Positions 39,044-48,028 of a stretch of DNA of 64,000 nt are shown in pieces. How positions within the stretch are numbered: position 1 is the first letter of the stretch; each line of letters starts with the position of its first letter. Below the pieces are notes generated by a model. It saw nothing but the letters and a program-made list of their open reading frames with translations, was not told where the DNA came from and did not search any database. The stretch comes from Candidatus Aminicenantales bacterium (lineage in GTDB: Bacteria > Acidobacteriota > Aminicenantia > Aminicenantales > UBA4085): positions 1 through 64,000 of the forward strand of contig JBEKTZ010000003.1 in assembly GCA_049515535.1 (NCBI GenBank), read 5' to 3'. The translations under genes were made by a program, and so were the position numbers.

Positions 39044-39236
39044 AAACGCTGACGATTCCCCCCTTCTTGGAAGGGGGGGTAGGGGGGATAAGATCACTAA
39101 AAAGATTCGGGAGCGTTTCGGGCTCTTTTAAACGCTGACGATTCCCCCCTTCTTGGAAGGGGGGGTAGGGGGGATAAGATCACTAAAAAGATTCGGGAGC
39201 GTTTCGGGCTCTTTTAAACGCTGACGATTCCCCCCT
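39044..39236 (+). repeat. 86-bp tandem repeat (about 2.25 copies) with internal hairpins
   Basis: Unit AAACGCTGACGATTCCCCCCTTCTTGGAAGGGGGGGTAGGGGGGATAAG... starts at 39044, 39130 and 39216. Confidence 0.9.
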
Positions 39237-39262
39237 AAACATGTTCGTCAATTTTCTCTTGT

Positions 39263-39916
39263 CTAGAACAGCCGTTTAATAATGGCGATGGCTTGTTCGA
39301 AGTTCTTATCTTCCAGAACGATCGTGAATTCGTTCAGGGTCGAGACGACCTCGACGACATTGATCCCCGCCCAAGCCAGGGGCTTAAGGATATAACTGTA
39401 AACTCCCGGCACCAGGGCCGTCCCCGTCGGAAGCAGGACGGTGACGGACGAGAGGTTTTCGATCCGGCCAATCACGCGTTCCCCTTTGAAAATCGCCAGG
39501 ATTTTTTCCTTGAGATCGCGGCTGGCGATGATCGTTGTCTCGTTCGTCCCCTGGGTGACGGTCAGGAAATGGCCCGGCCCGCCGCCGATCCGGTCGAGGA
39601 GCTTCTTCCGGCGCAGGGCGAGACTCGCCGCGTTGGCATAGGTCACTTCCATCAGGTCCGATTTGACGGTCATGTCGGGAGCGTTGCGGAACATGCGTTT
39701 GATCCGCAGGCTCGTTCGCTTGACGTTTTTTCGGGAAAGGCGGTTCAGGGCGACGATGACCGCTCCGTCCTGGACCTTTTTCATGGTCTCTCGTTCCACG
39801 TCCGGCTTGATGTGCCGGGCCAGCGCCGAGAGGTTGACGATCCCCATCGCCAGCGCCTCTTCCATGTAGAGGGATTTCTTGATGATTTTTTCAACGGCCT
39901 TGGCGATGGTGATCAT
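39263..39916 (-). CDS. ACT-domain protein with N-terminal HTH-like region (putative amino-acid-responsive regulator)
   Basis: GIVNLSALAR...AVIVALNR N-terminus; C-terminal PGVYSYIL..LAWAGINVVEVVSTLNE ACT-like; no kinase motifs. Confidence 0.7.
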   Translation of the reverse strand: MITIAKAVEKIIKKSLYMEEALAMGIVNLSALARHIKPDVERETMKKVQDGAVIVALNRLSRKNVKRTSLRIKRMFRNAPDMTVKSDLMEVTYANAASLALRRKKLLDRIGGGPGHFLTVTQGTNETTIIASRDLKEKILAIFKGERVIGRIENLSSVTVLLPTGTALVPGVYSYILKPLAWAGINVVEVVSTLNEFTIVLEDKNFEQAIAIIKRLF

Positions 39917-39967
39917 GTTCAAAATTATACAAAAAGCATCGGTCCCTTGTATAGGATTTCTTAAAAA

Positions 39968-39997
39968 TTGACGTCCGCTAAAAATTGCTTTTAAAAT
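39968..39997 (+). promoter_or_regulatory. Putative sigma70 promoter of lysW operon
   Basis: TTGACG-18bp-TAAAAT. Confidence 0.45.
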
Positions 39998-40047
39998 TAG
40001 CCCCGATCACGGAGACGTGACGCTTTCAACCAACGAAGGAGGCGACG

Positions 40048-40248
40048 ATGTCGCTCGAAAAAATCGAAATGACGGCGCGGGGCGAATGCCCGGTATGCGC
40101 AGCGTTCGTGTTTTCCGCGTCCAGCGTCGAAGAAACGGAAATCCTGGCGTGTCCCGAATGCCGGACCATGTTGGTCGTGGACGGCGTCGAAGGGAGCCGC
40201 CTGCGATTGAGCGAGGCGCCCCAGATCGAGGAAGACTGGGGAGAATAA
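40048..40248 (+). CDS. lysW: Amino-group carrier protein LysW
   Basis: CPVC...CPEC Zn ribbon, acidic, C-terminal EEDWGE signature. Confidence 0.96.
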   Translation: MSLEKIEMTARGECPVCAAFVFSASSVEETEILACPECRTMLVVDGVEGSRLRLSEAPQIEEDWGE

Positions 40249-40282
40249 ACAGCCGAGGATCCGCCCTGGAAAGCGTGCCGAC

Positions 40283-41137
40283 ATGACGTCCCTGGCCATC
40301 TTCCATTCCACCATCCGCAAAGAAGAAAAGCTGATCATCGAAGCGGCCTCCCAAAGGCAGGTCCGGGTGAAACTCGTGGACATCCGATCCGAAATCTTCG
40401 CCCCCGGATCTTATGCGGTCGACTATGACGTCGCTTTGGAACGATCGGTCTCGACCGTCAAAGGCGACTATGCGCTCGCGTTTTTGGAGTCCATCGGCGT
40501 GCCCGTCGTCAATGCGCCGGCCGTCGCCCGCGCCTGCGAAGACAAATTCATGACGTCGCTCATTCTCTTCAAGGCGCGCGTCCTCACGCCCCGCTTTGCC
40601 CTCGTCTTCACGGCCGAACAGGCCTTAGAGGCCGTCGAGGCGCTCGGCGGCTTTCCCGTCGTCTTGAAACCGCCGCTCGGGTCCTGGGGCCGGCTTCTGG
40701 CCAAGGTGAACGATCGCGATTCGCTCGAGGCTTTGATCGAGCATAAGGATGTTCTCGGCACGCCGCCGCAAAAGGCCTATTATCTGCAGGAATTCGTCCG
40801 CAAGCCGGGACGGGACATCCGCGCTTTTGTCGTCGGCGAGGACATCCTCTGCGCCATCTACCGGGAATCCGGGCACTGGATCACGAACACGGCTCGGGGC
40901 GGCGTCGCCCGGAACTGTCCCGTGACGGAGGAGATGCGTTCCGTGTGCGGCCGGGCGGCCGCGGCGGTCGGGGGAGGGCTTCTGGCTATCGATATTTTCG
41001 AAACGCCGGACGGGCTTTCGGTCAACGAAATCAACCATACGATGGAATTCAAAAACTCGGAAGAGCCGACCGGCGTCAGCATTTCCGGAGCGATCGTGGA
41101 CCATTGTCTTCGGGTGGCGAAAAAGGGATCGCCATGA
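40283..41137 (+). CDS. lysX: Alpha-aminoadipate--LysW ligase (RimK-like ATP-grasp)
   Basis: KP..GSWGRLL, QEFVRKPGRDIR, HWITNTARGG, NEINHTMEFKNS. Confidence 0.94.
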   Translation: MTSLAIFHSTIRKEEKLIIEAASQRQVRVKLVDIRSEIFAPGSYAVDYDVALERSVSTVKGDYALAFLESIGVPVVNAPAVARACEDKFMTSLILFKARVLTPRFALVFTAEQALEAVEALGGFPVVLKPPLGSWGRLLAKVNDRDSLEALIEHKDVLGTPPQKAYYLQEFVRKPGRDIRAFVVGEDILCAIYRESGHWITNTARGGVARNCPVTEEMRSVCGRAAAAVGGGLLAIDIFETPDGLSVNEINHTMEFKNSEEPTGVSISGAIVDHCLRVAKKGSP

Positions 41138-42192
41138 GCGGGGACAATCTGGACGTCTCCATCGTCGGAGGCTCGGGGTACGCCGGCGGCGAGCTGCTGC
41201 GGATTCTCCTCCAGCATCCGCGCGTGCGCGTCCGGCAGGTGACAAGTCGTCGCCATGCCGGTCAGCCCGTCACCACGCTTCATCCGAACCTCAGGGGATT
41301 GTCGCTCCTCTCTTTTGTCCCGGCCGAAAACCTCGAACTCTGCGACCTCCTGTTCCTGGCTCTTCCCAACGGAGAGTCCATGAACGGCATGGACGCATGG
41401 ATGGCCAAGGCCGAGAAAATCATCGACCTTGGCGCCGACTTCAGGCTCCGGGATCAGGAGACCTGGAAAATATGGTACGGCTTGGAACATGCCCGGCCCG
41501 ACCTCCTTCCTCGATTCGTCTATGGCCTTCCGGAAATCTACGAGGACGAAATCAAAAACGCGCGATATGTCGCCGGACCCGGCTGTGAAGCCGTTGTCTC
41601 GATTCTCTGTTTATATCCGCTGGCCAAGCATCGGCTGATCCGGCCGTCGCCCATCGTCATCGACGCGAAAATGGGAAGCTCGCAGGCCGGCCATGCGCCG
41701 TCCGCCTCCTCCCATCATCCCGAGCGGTCCGGCGTCGCGCGGTCCTATAAGCCGACGGACCACCGCCACGGCGCCGAAATCGAGCAGGCTCTCGGCGGAT
41801 TCCAGCCGGATTTCTCCGTTCACATCTCGGCAACCGCCATCGAAATGGTCAGAGGCATCCTTGTCACCATCCATACCTTTCTTGATGATCCAAAGATGGA
41901 TGAAAAGGAAATATGGAAGACCTATCGGCAGGAATATGGCGCCAAGCCGTTCATCCGGATCGTCAAGCAGAATCTGGGGCTCTATCGGTTCCCGGAGCCC
42001 AAGATCCTTCAGGGAACGAATATCTGTGAAATCGGTTTCGCAAAGGAAAGTCGGGGCGGCCGACTTGTCGTGCTGGGCGCCATCGACAACTTGGTCAAAG
42101 GCACGGCGGGCAACGCTGTCCAATGCATGAACTTGATGTCCGGCTTTCCGGAGGCCGAAGGGCTGGGGTTTCCCGGCCTGCATCCGGTGTGA
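41134..42192 (+). CDS. lysY: [LysW]-aminoadipate-6-phosphate reductase (ArgC-like)
   Basis: GGSGYAGGELLR, DLGADFRL, YGLPE, GPGC, HHPER, HRH, DNLVKGTAG; ATGA overlap with lysX. Confidence 0.93.
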   Translation: MSGDNLDVSIVGGSGYAGGELLRILLQHPRVRVRQVTSRRHAGQPVTTLHPNLRGLSLLSFVPAENLELCDLLFLALPNGESMNGMDAWMAKAEKIIDLGADFRLRDQETWKIWYGLEHARPDLLPRFVYGLPEIYEDEIKNARYVAGPGCEAVVSILCLYPLAKHRLIRPSPIVIDAKMGSSQAGHAPSASSHHPERSGVARSYKPTDHRHGAEIEQALGGFQPDFSVHISATAIEMVRGILVTIHTFLDDPKMDEKEIWKTYRQEYGAKPFIRIVKQNLGLYRFPEPKILQGTNICEIGFAKESRGGRLVVLGAIDNLVKGTAGNAVQCMNLMSGFPEAEGLGFPGLHPV

Positions 42193-42194
42193 CC

Positions 42195-43235
42195 ATGAAC
42201 GAAAATAAACAGATCATGCGCTTTTTCCGCGGCGTGATCGATTCCACGCTCCGCGAGGGATTTCAATTTTCCAAGGCGAATTTCTCCCTCGACGAACAGA
42301 AGCGAATCTTTTCCTTCCTGATGGGGATCAGAGTCGACTGTGTGGAGGTCGCCAACCCGGCGAAGGAGGAAATCCGGGGGATGATCCTGGAGCTCGTGAA
42401 ATTGCGGGGCAATAGCCCGGCCAAGATCTTGTCCCACATCCGCAATCATGAAAACGATGTCCGGATGGCCATCGAAAGCGGCGTCGACGGCGTCAACATT
42501 TTATGCACCGTCGATGCCGAGCGTCTGGCGGCCATGGGCAAGACGCTGGAATCCTACAAAGAAAAACTCCGCGGGAATGTGCGGACGGCCCAGACGAGCG
42601 GACTTGAGGTCCGCGTCGGCGTCGAGGATTTTTTCGGGCAACCGGTCGAACAAAGCCTTGAGATCTACCGGATCGCGGAATCGCTGGGCGCGGACAGGGT
42701 GGCGTTGGCGGATACGCTGGGCAAAGCCCTGGGCTGGGAAGTCTCTCGCCGGATCAAAGAGCTTCGCCGATATATCCACGCTCCGCTCGAGGTCCATTTC
42801 CACAACGACCTCGGCCATGCCGTAAGCAACGCCCTTGCCGCTCTTCGGGCGGGCGCGAATTTCGTCAGCGCCTCCCTGCTCGGGATCGGGGAACGGACGG
42901 GCATTACGCCGCTCAGTTCGCTGCTCATCAACCTCTATATGCTGGACGAGCGGTTGGCGCGGAGATACGATCTCAGCCTCCTGACCGAAGCGGAAAATTA
43001 CGTCTCGCTGATCTGCGGGATCGAAATGCCTCATCACCTGATGACCAATCTGTCGAACGGATTCGCCCATAAAGCGGGCATTCATCTCGATGCCCTGATG
43101 AAATTCGGGCCGCAGAAATACGAACCGGTTTCCCCGGGGCTCATCGGCAATCGGAGGAAGCTGGTCGTCGACACCCTTCTCTCCGGGAAAACCGGATTGA
43201 TCGACATCGCGAATTTCCAGGAAAAATACGGCTGA
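42195..43235 (+). CDS. hcs: Homocitrate synthase (DRE-TIM), no C-terminal regulatory domain
   Basis: IDSTLREG.Q, HIR, ADT.G, HFHND, GIGERTG, FAHKAGIH; embedded in lysW operon. Confidence 0.85.
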   Translation: MNENKQIMRFFRGVIDSTLREGFQFSKANFSLDEQKRIFSFLMGIRVDCVEVANPAKEEIRGMILELVKLRGNSPAKILSHIRNHENDVRMAIESGVDGVNILCTVDAERLAAMGKTLESYKEKLRGNVRTAQTSGLEVRVGVEDFFGQPVEQSLEIYRIAESLGADRVALADTLGKALGWEVSRRIKELRRYIHAPLEVHFHNDLGHAVSNALAALRAGANFVSASLLGIGERTGITPLSSLLINLYMLDERLARRYDLSLLTEAENYVSLICGIEMPHHLMTNLSNGFAHKAGIHLDALMKFGPQKYEPVSPGLIGNRRKLVVDTLLSGKTGLIDIANFQEKYG

Positions 43236-43238
43236 TTC

Positions 43239-44039
43239 ATGCTTTTGATAAAAGCCGGCGGAGGGAAGGATATCAATTGGGAGGGCGTGTGCCGCGACAT
43301 TGCCGAAATCTGGCCGTCCGAACCCGTCATTCTTGTCCACGGCGCCAGCGTCCAACGGGACGAGCTTGCCGCCCGCCTTTCGGTCCCGGTCAAGAAGGTC
43401 GTCTCTCCCTCGGGCGTCATGAGCGTCTATACGGATAAAGAGGCCATCGAGGTTTTCCTGATGGCTTATGCGGGACTTGTCAATAAGCAGGTCGTTGCCC
43501 GGCTCCAGCGACACGGGGTGAACGCCGTCGGCCTGTGCGGCGTGGACGGAGGACTCTGGCGGGCCAAAGCCAAAAAGGAAATCCTCGTCCAGGAAGGCGA
43601 AAAGACCAAACTCCTCAAAGGCAATTTGACCGGCCGCGTGGAAAAGGTCAATACGGAACTGCTCCGGCTTTTGCTGGATCACGACTATTTGCCGGCGGTC
43701 TGCGCGCCCGCTCTGAGCGACGAAAACGAAATCGTCAACACGGACAACGACGCGGCCTCGGCCGTCACGGCCGGCGCATTGGGGATCAAGAAAATGGTGT
43801 TTCTCTTCGAAGCGCCCGGGCTTCTCCGGGACGCGGATGACGAAGGAAGCCTGATCCGCCGGATCGACCGGCTAAAAATCGAAGACGCCCTTCCGTTCGC
43901 CCGGGGGCGGATGAAAAAAAAGATCCTCGGCGTGAAGCGCGCGATCGAGGCCGGCGTCGAAACTGTCTATTTCGGGGATGGAAGGGCGGTCCATCCGGTC
44001 AAAAACGCCCTGGCTGGGAACGGGACCGTCATTTCCTGA
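43239..44039 (+). CDS. lysZ: [LysW]-aminoadipate kinase (ArgB-like)
   Basis: LIKAGG, LVHG, SPSG..S.YTD, NTDND, GRMKKK. Confidence 0.92.
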   Translation: MLLIKAGGGKDINWEGVCRDIAEIWPSEPVILVHGASVQRDELAARLSVPVKKVVSPSGVMSVYTDKEAIEVFLMAYAGLVNKQVVARLQRHGVNAVGLCGVDGGLWRAKAKKEILVQEGEKTKLLKGNLTGRVEKVNTELLRLLLDHDYLPAVCAPALSDENEIVNTDNDAASAVTAGALGIKKMVFLFEAPGLLRDADDEGSLIRRIDRLKIEDALPFARGRMKKKILGVKRAIEAGVETVYFGDGRAVHPVKNALAGNGTVIS

Positions 44040-44048
44040 GCGCATATC

Positions 44049-45224
44049 ATGAAGGAATATTCGCTCCTCCAAAAAAAGTACATGGTCAATTCCTATGTCC
44101 AGCGCGGCTTGACGCTGGTGGCGGGGGACGGCGCCTATCTTCGTGATGCCGCCGGAGTCCCGTATCTCGACCTCATGACGAATTACGGCGTGAACATCTT
44201 CGGGCATAGCCATCCGGCGATCGTCGGCGCGCTGTCGGCCCAGGTCCGGACGCTGACGACCCTGCATGGAAGCTTCGCCAACGATCGGCGCGCCGAGGCG
44301 GCCCAAAAGCTCGTGAATCGCTGCGGCGGCGGACTGTCGCAGGTCTTTTTTTCGAATTCCGGGGCCGAGGCGAACGAGGCCGCGCTGAAGTTCGCCGTGC
44401 TCGCCGCGGGGAGGAAAAAGTTCATCGCCTGCCGCAACGGATATCACGGCAAGACGCTGGGCGCGCTGTCGGCGACCGATGGGCGGAAATTCCGGGAAGC
44501 CTTTGAGCCTCTTCTCTGGAGCTTCAAGGCTGTCGCTTACAATGATCTCGATGCGCTCAAGGATGCGCTGAGTGAGGACGTCGCGGCCTTCATCGTCGAG
44601 CCGCTTCAGGGAGAGGGAGGCATTACGCTCCCGAACCCCGGATACTTGAAAAGAGCGGGCGACCTCTGCCGGTCCTTCGGGGCGTTGCTCATCCTGGATG
44701 AAATCCAGACAGGGATGGGAAGAACCGGATATTTTCTCGCTTCGCAGGCCGAAGACGGCCTTTCTTTCGATATCATGACTCTCGGCAAGGGTCTCGGCGG
44801 AGGAATCCCGATCGGCGCGACGCTCGTCTCTCAAGCCGTTGCCGATAAAATCCCGCGCTCTTCGCATACCTCGACTTTCGGCGGAAATCCGCTGGCGGCG
44901 GCGGGCGCCCTGGCCGTTCTCGACCTGCTTGACGAGTCCATTCTCGTTCACGTCCGGCGGATCGGAAACGACTTTCTTGAGCGGCTCCGGACGGTCGAGT
45001 CCGAAGTCATCGTCCAAGTCCGAGGGAAAGGATTGATGCTCGGCATTGAAGTCTCCGAACAGCGGGATGAAATCCTCAAAGCGCTGCAGAGAGAGCGAAT
45101 CCTGGCTATCCCCGCCGCCGACAATGTGGTCAGATTCCTTCCTCCCTATATCATTGAAACATCCCACGTGGACGAGGCCTTTGAAAAAATCGTGAAAATA
45201 TTCTCCGCGCTTTCCGGAAATTAA
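44049..45224 (+). CDS. lysJ: [LysW]-aminoadipate semialdehyde transaminase (class III, ArgD-like)
   Basis: NSGAEANE, EPLQGEGG, DEIQTGMGRTG, GKGLGGG, STFGGNPL. Confidence 0.92.
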   Translation: MKEYSLLQKKYMVNSYVQRGLTLVAGDGAYLRDAAGVPYLDLMTNYGVNIFGHSHPAIVGALSAQVRTLTTLHGSFANDRRAEAAQKLVNRCGGGLSQVFFSNSGAEANEAALKFAVLAAGRKKFIACRNGYHGKTLGALSATDGRKFREAFEPLLWSFKAVAYNDLDALKDALSEDVAAFIVEPLQGEGGITLPNPGYLKRAGDLCRSFGALLILDEIQTGMGRTGYFLASQAEDGLSFDIMTLGKGLGGGIPIGATLVSQAVADKIPRSSHTSTFGGNPLAAAGALAVLDLLDESILVHVRRIGNDFLERLRTVESEVIVQVRGKGLMLGIEVSEQRDEILKALQRERILAIPAADNVVRFLPPYIIETSHVDEAFEKIVKIFSALSGN

Positions 45225-45233
45225 AGGCTGAAG

Positions 45234-45899
45234 ATGTGCCGCTTTTTAATGGTCAAGAGCCCCTCTCCATTTCCTATCGGCGAAATCCTGGAACGGTTCG
45301 CCGAAATGGCCGAGAAGAGCCGGGCTCCCGACGGCGATAGACAGGCTGATGGTTGGGGCGCCGGATGGCTGGACAAACGGGGGAATTGGCAAATCCGGAA
45401 GTCCATCCGTCCGGTCTGGGAAGAAATCGGCGCTTCCAGCGGGATTCCGCAAAGCCGTATCTTTCTCATTCACGCCCGCAGCGCCTCCTTCCCGGGACAT
45501 AAGGAGGTCGTCGCCTATAATCAGCCCTTCGTCAGCGACGCTTTCGCGTTCGTTTTCAATGGATTTCTGCGGGGCGTGTCTTTCCCGTTTCCCGTAAAGG
45601 GTGACATCGGCGCCCAGAAGATATGGACTTTACTCTCCGGCCTAATGGAGACGGTGGATCCGGAGACCGGTCTGGCGCGGTTGACGGAACTGCTTAATCG
45701 AAATACGCGCCGGATCCAGGCCCTGAACATCGGTATTTGCGATAAGAATCATCTCTTTGCTTCCTGCCGGTACGTCGGCGACGAGCCTTATTATCAGCTT
45801 TATTATCATAATGCTCCCGCTTTAAGCATGATCTGCTCGGAGCCTTTGATGGGTTTCCCGTTTTCTCCCTTGCCTCGTCAAAGGGTCTTCAAGCTATGA
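45234..45899 (+). CDS. Class II glutamine amidotransferase / Ntn hydrolase (EgtC/YafJ/Dug3-like)
   Basis: N-terminal M-C-R, DGWG, HARSAS, NQPF, FVFNG, ICSEPL; 9 nt after lysJ stop. Confidence 0.82.
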   Translation: MCRFLMVKSPSPFPIGEILERFAEMAEKSRAPDGDRQADGWGAGWLDKRGNWQIRKSIRPVWEEIGASSGIPQSRIFLIHARSASFPGHKEVVAYNQPFVSDAFAFVFNGFLRGVSFPFPVKGDIGAQKIWTLLSGLMETVDPETGLARLTELLNRNTRRIQALNIGICDKNHLFASCRYVGDEPYYQLYYHNAPALSMICSEPLMGFPFSPLPRQRVFKL

Positions 45900-45900
45900 T

Positions 45901-48018
45901 TTAAAAGAACGGGACGTAAAGACCCAGGAAAAGGGACCGGCCGAAGATGGATTCCTGATCCTTGCGCGAAGCGTAATCCGCGTCATATTCGAAGCGCAGA
46001 ACGTTCTTGGCGTCCAGGACATTCGTGATCCCAAAATAGATAATGACCGCCTTCCCCAAAAACTGAATATTCCACGTCCCGTTCAGATCCATTCGTTGGT
46101 AGGCCGGGCAGCGGCGGCTGTAGGGCGGTCCCCAGACGGGGATGAACGATTCGCCGACGGGGTCCCAGTCCCGGCCGAGAAGCGGCGTGAACGGCCGTCC
46201 CGACGCGATCGAATACCGCAGGCCGAGCGATCCGTCCTTGAACTTCCAGGAGACGATTCCCGTCGCCGAATGAGTGATGGCGTAGGGCGAGGGGGCGAGA
46301 ACGGAAACGTCGTTTTCCCGGCGTTCGGAGAGGACGAAGTTGTAAACAAGAAGCGCCTCGAACGCGGCGGACTTCTTCTTGATGTAAAATTCCGCGCCTC
46401 GCGCATACCCGGCGCCGCCGTTGGTCATCGCTCCCCCGGCGTCACGGAGAAACAGATTCCGATATTCCTTGTCGTAAACCGCCGCGCGAAGATCGAAACC
46501 CTCCGTAATCCGGTCGTAGCTCAACGCGTAATGAACCGCCGTTTTCGGCCGTAAACCCGAGTTCGCCGCCAGGACGGAATAATCCCCGAACTGGTGGTAA
46601 ACGCCGGCCGAAAACCGGAAGACGTCCCTCCGCGTGAAGAGGAACGCGGCCGAGAAGCGAGGGTCCAAGGCCCATCCCCGATTCAAAAGATCGAGAGCGG
46701 AAAGGCGGCCGCCCAGGTTGAAATAAACCCGATCGGAAAGACGGAATTTATCCTGAGCGTAAAAGCCCAGCCGCGTTCCGGTCGTTCGATAATTCAGGGC
46801 CTCGATCTCCGTCAGCGACGTGTCGATCCTCCGCCGCGAAAAATCGGCGCCGAATTCGAGAAAATGCCGGTCGAAGTCTCCGATGAAATCCAACCGCGCC
46901 TGGGTTTCGCCGTCGCGGCTCCGGACTTGCAAGGTCTCCGGCTGATCATAGATCAAATCGTAGCGAAGAGAAGCCAGGAGCGCCTTGAAGACCAGGCGGT
47001 GGGACAGCGTCGATGTCCAGGAGACGGCCGCGAATGTGTTTATCGTGGAAACGTCGAACGCCGGATCCGCATTCTGGGAATACCGATAATTGTCGGCCAT
47101 TCCGTAGATCCGGATCTCATTGGAGCGGCCGAGCGGAAATTGGAATTTGCCGAAGGCGTTCTCGGTCCGAAAATCGCGGCCGCCGCCGCGGCTGTTCAAC
47201 CGCGTCAGGATGTCCGAAAAACCCCGGTTATAGCTCCCGACAAAACTCCCGATTCCCTTCACGGGAAACGCGGCATAGCTGTTCAGGCCGAAGATGGATA
47301 GGCCCAATCCTCCCTCCGCCTTGGCCGGATGGTCCTTGGCCGAGATGTCCATGACGCCCGAGAGGGCATCGCCGAATTTGGGATGGAACCCGGTCGTGGC
47401 TATGGAAAAACTTTCCACGACCTGATTATCGAACACACTGAAATAGCTCTCGTGGAGAGATTCGCTGAGAAACGGATGGCGGAGTTCGATGCCGTCGAAG
47501 ACATAGGCGACCTCGTCGGGCGCCCCGCCCCGGATGAGGAGGCTCGACGCGTCCGGGGGCGAATTGACGCCCGGAAGGACATGCCCGGCAGTGACGGGAT
47601 CGGCCGCCGTTCCGGGAAGCGTATAGACTTCCATCTTCGTGAGCGTGACGGTTTTTTGGGTCTTTTCGTCCGAGACGATACTGTCCGCGGCGACGGAAAT
47701 CTCGCGGGCGGGCGCGGGCTCGAGGTCGAGCTCCACGGTCAGAAATTTTCCCGGCTCGGCCTCGATGTCTTTTTTCTGGTATCCGATCAGCCAGACGGAC
47801 AGCTTGATGGTCCCGGACGGAGGGCGCGGAACCGAAAGCCGGAACCGGCCGGCCGCGTCGGCCGAAATGCCCGGCCCGTCTACGATCGCGACATACGCGG
47901 GAAGGGGATCCCTAGTCTCGCGGTCCAGGATCCGGCCTTCGATGAAGACGTTCTGTCCGGCGGCCAGGCCGATGCCTGACAGGAGGAGGAGAAAAATTAT
48001 ACGAAGAACGGATCTCAT
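45901..48018 (-). CDS. TonB-dependent receptor
   Basis: Signal peptide, CarboxypepD-reg-like N-domain, plug LPGV...IRGG...DG, beta-barrel pattern, C-terminal F. Confidence 0.85.
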   Translation of the reverse strand: MRSVLRIIFLLLLSGIGLAAGQNVFIEGRILDRETRDPLPAYVAIVDGPGISADAAGRFRLSVPRPPSGTIKLSVWLIGYQKKDIEAEPGKFLTVELDLEPAPAREISVAADSIVSDEKTQKTVTLTKMEVYTLPGTAADPVTAGHVLPGVNSPPDASSLLIRGGAPDEVAYVFDGIELRHPFLSESLHESYFSVFDNQVVESFSIATTGFHPKFGDALSGVMDISAKDHPAKAEGGLGLSIFGLNSYAAFPVKGIGSFVGSYNRGFSDILTRLNSRGGGRDFRTENAFGKFQFPLGRSNEIRIYGMADNYRYSQNADPAFDVSTINTFAAVSWTSTLSHRLVFKALLASLRYDLIYDQPETLQVRSRDGETQARLDFIGDFDRHFLEFGADFSRRRIDTSLTEIEALNYRTTGTRLGFYAQDKFRLSDRVYFNLGGRLSALDLLNRGWALDPRFSAAFLFTRRDVFRFSAGVYHQFGDYSVLAANSGLRPKTAVHYALSYDRITEGFDLRAAVYDKEYRNLFLRDAGGAMTNGGAGYARGAEFYIKKKSAAFEALLVYNFVLSERRENDVSVLAPSPYAITHSATGIVSWKFKDGSLGLRYSIASGRPFTPLLGRDWDPVGESFIPVWGPPYSRRCPAYQRMDLNGTWNIQFLGKAVIIYFGITNVLDAKNVLRFEYDADYASRKDQESIFGRSLFLGLYVPFF

Positions 48019-48028
48019 GGCCGGGCGT

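Noticed and set aside
39044..39236. CRISPR array
   Set aside because: Units are identical end to end with no variable spacers, and there are no cas genes in the window.
39263..39922. Aspartate kinase
   Set aside because: Too short and lacks amino-acid-kinase motifs (no KFGG); only the ACT-like part resembles aspartate kinases.
39998..40047. Lys-rich leader peptide or lysine riboswitch for the lysW operon
   Set aside because: The leader is only ~50 nt, with no Lys-codon run and no terminator hairpin.
40048..45899. Secondary-metabolite (amino-group carrier protein type) gene cluster
   Set aside because: No NRPS, transketolase or tailoring genes adjacent; homocitrate synthase and LysX motifs point to primary lysine synthesis, though this is not formally excluded.
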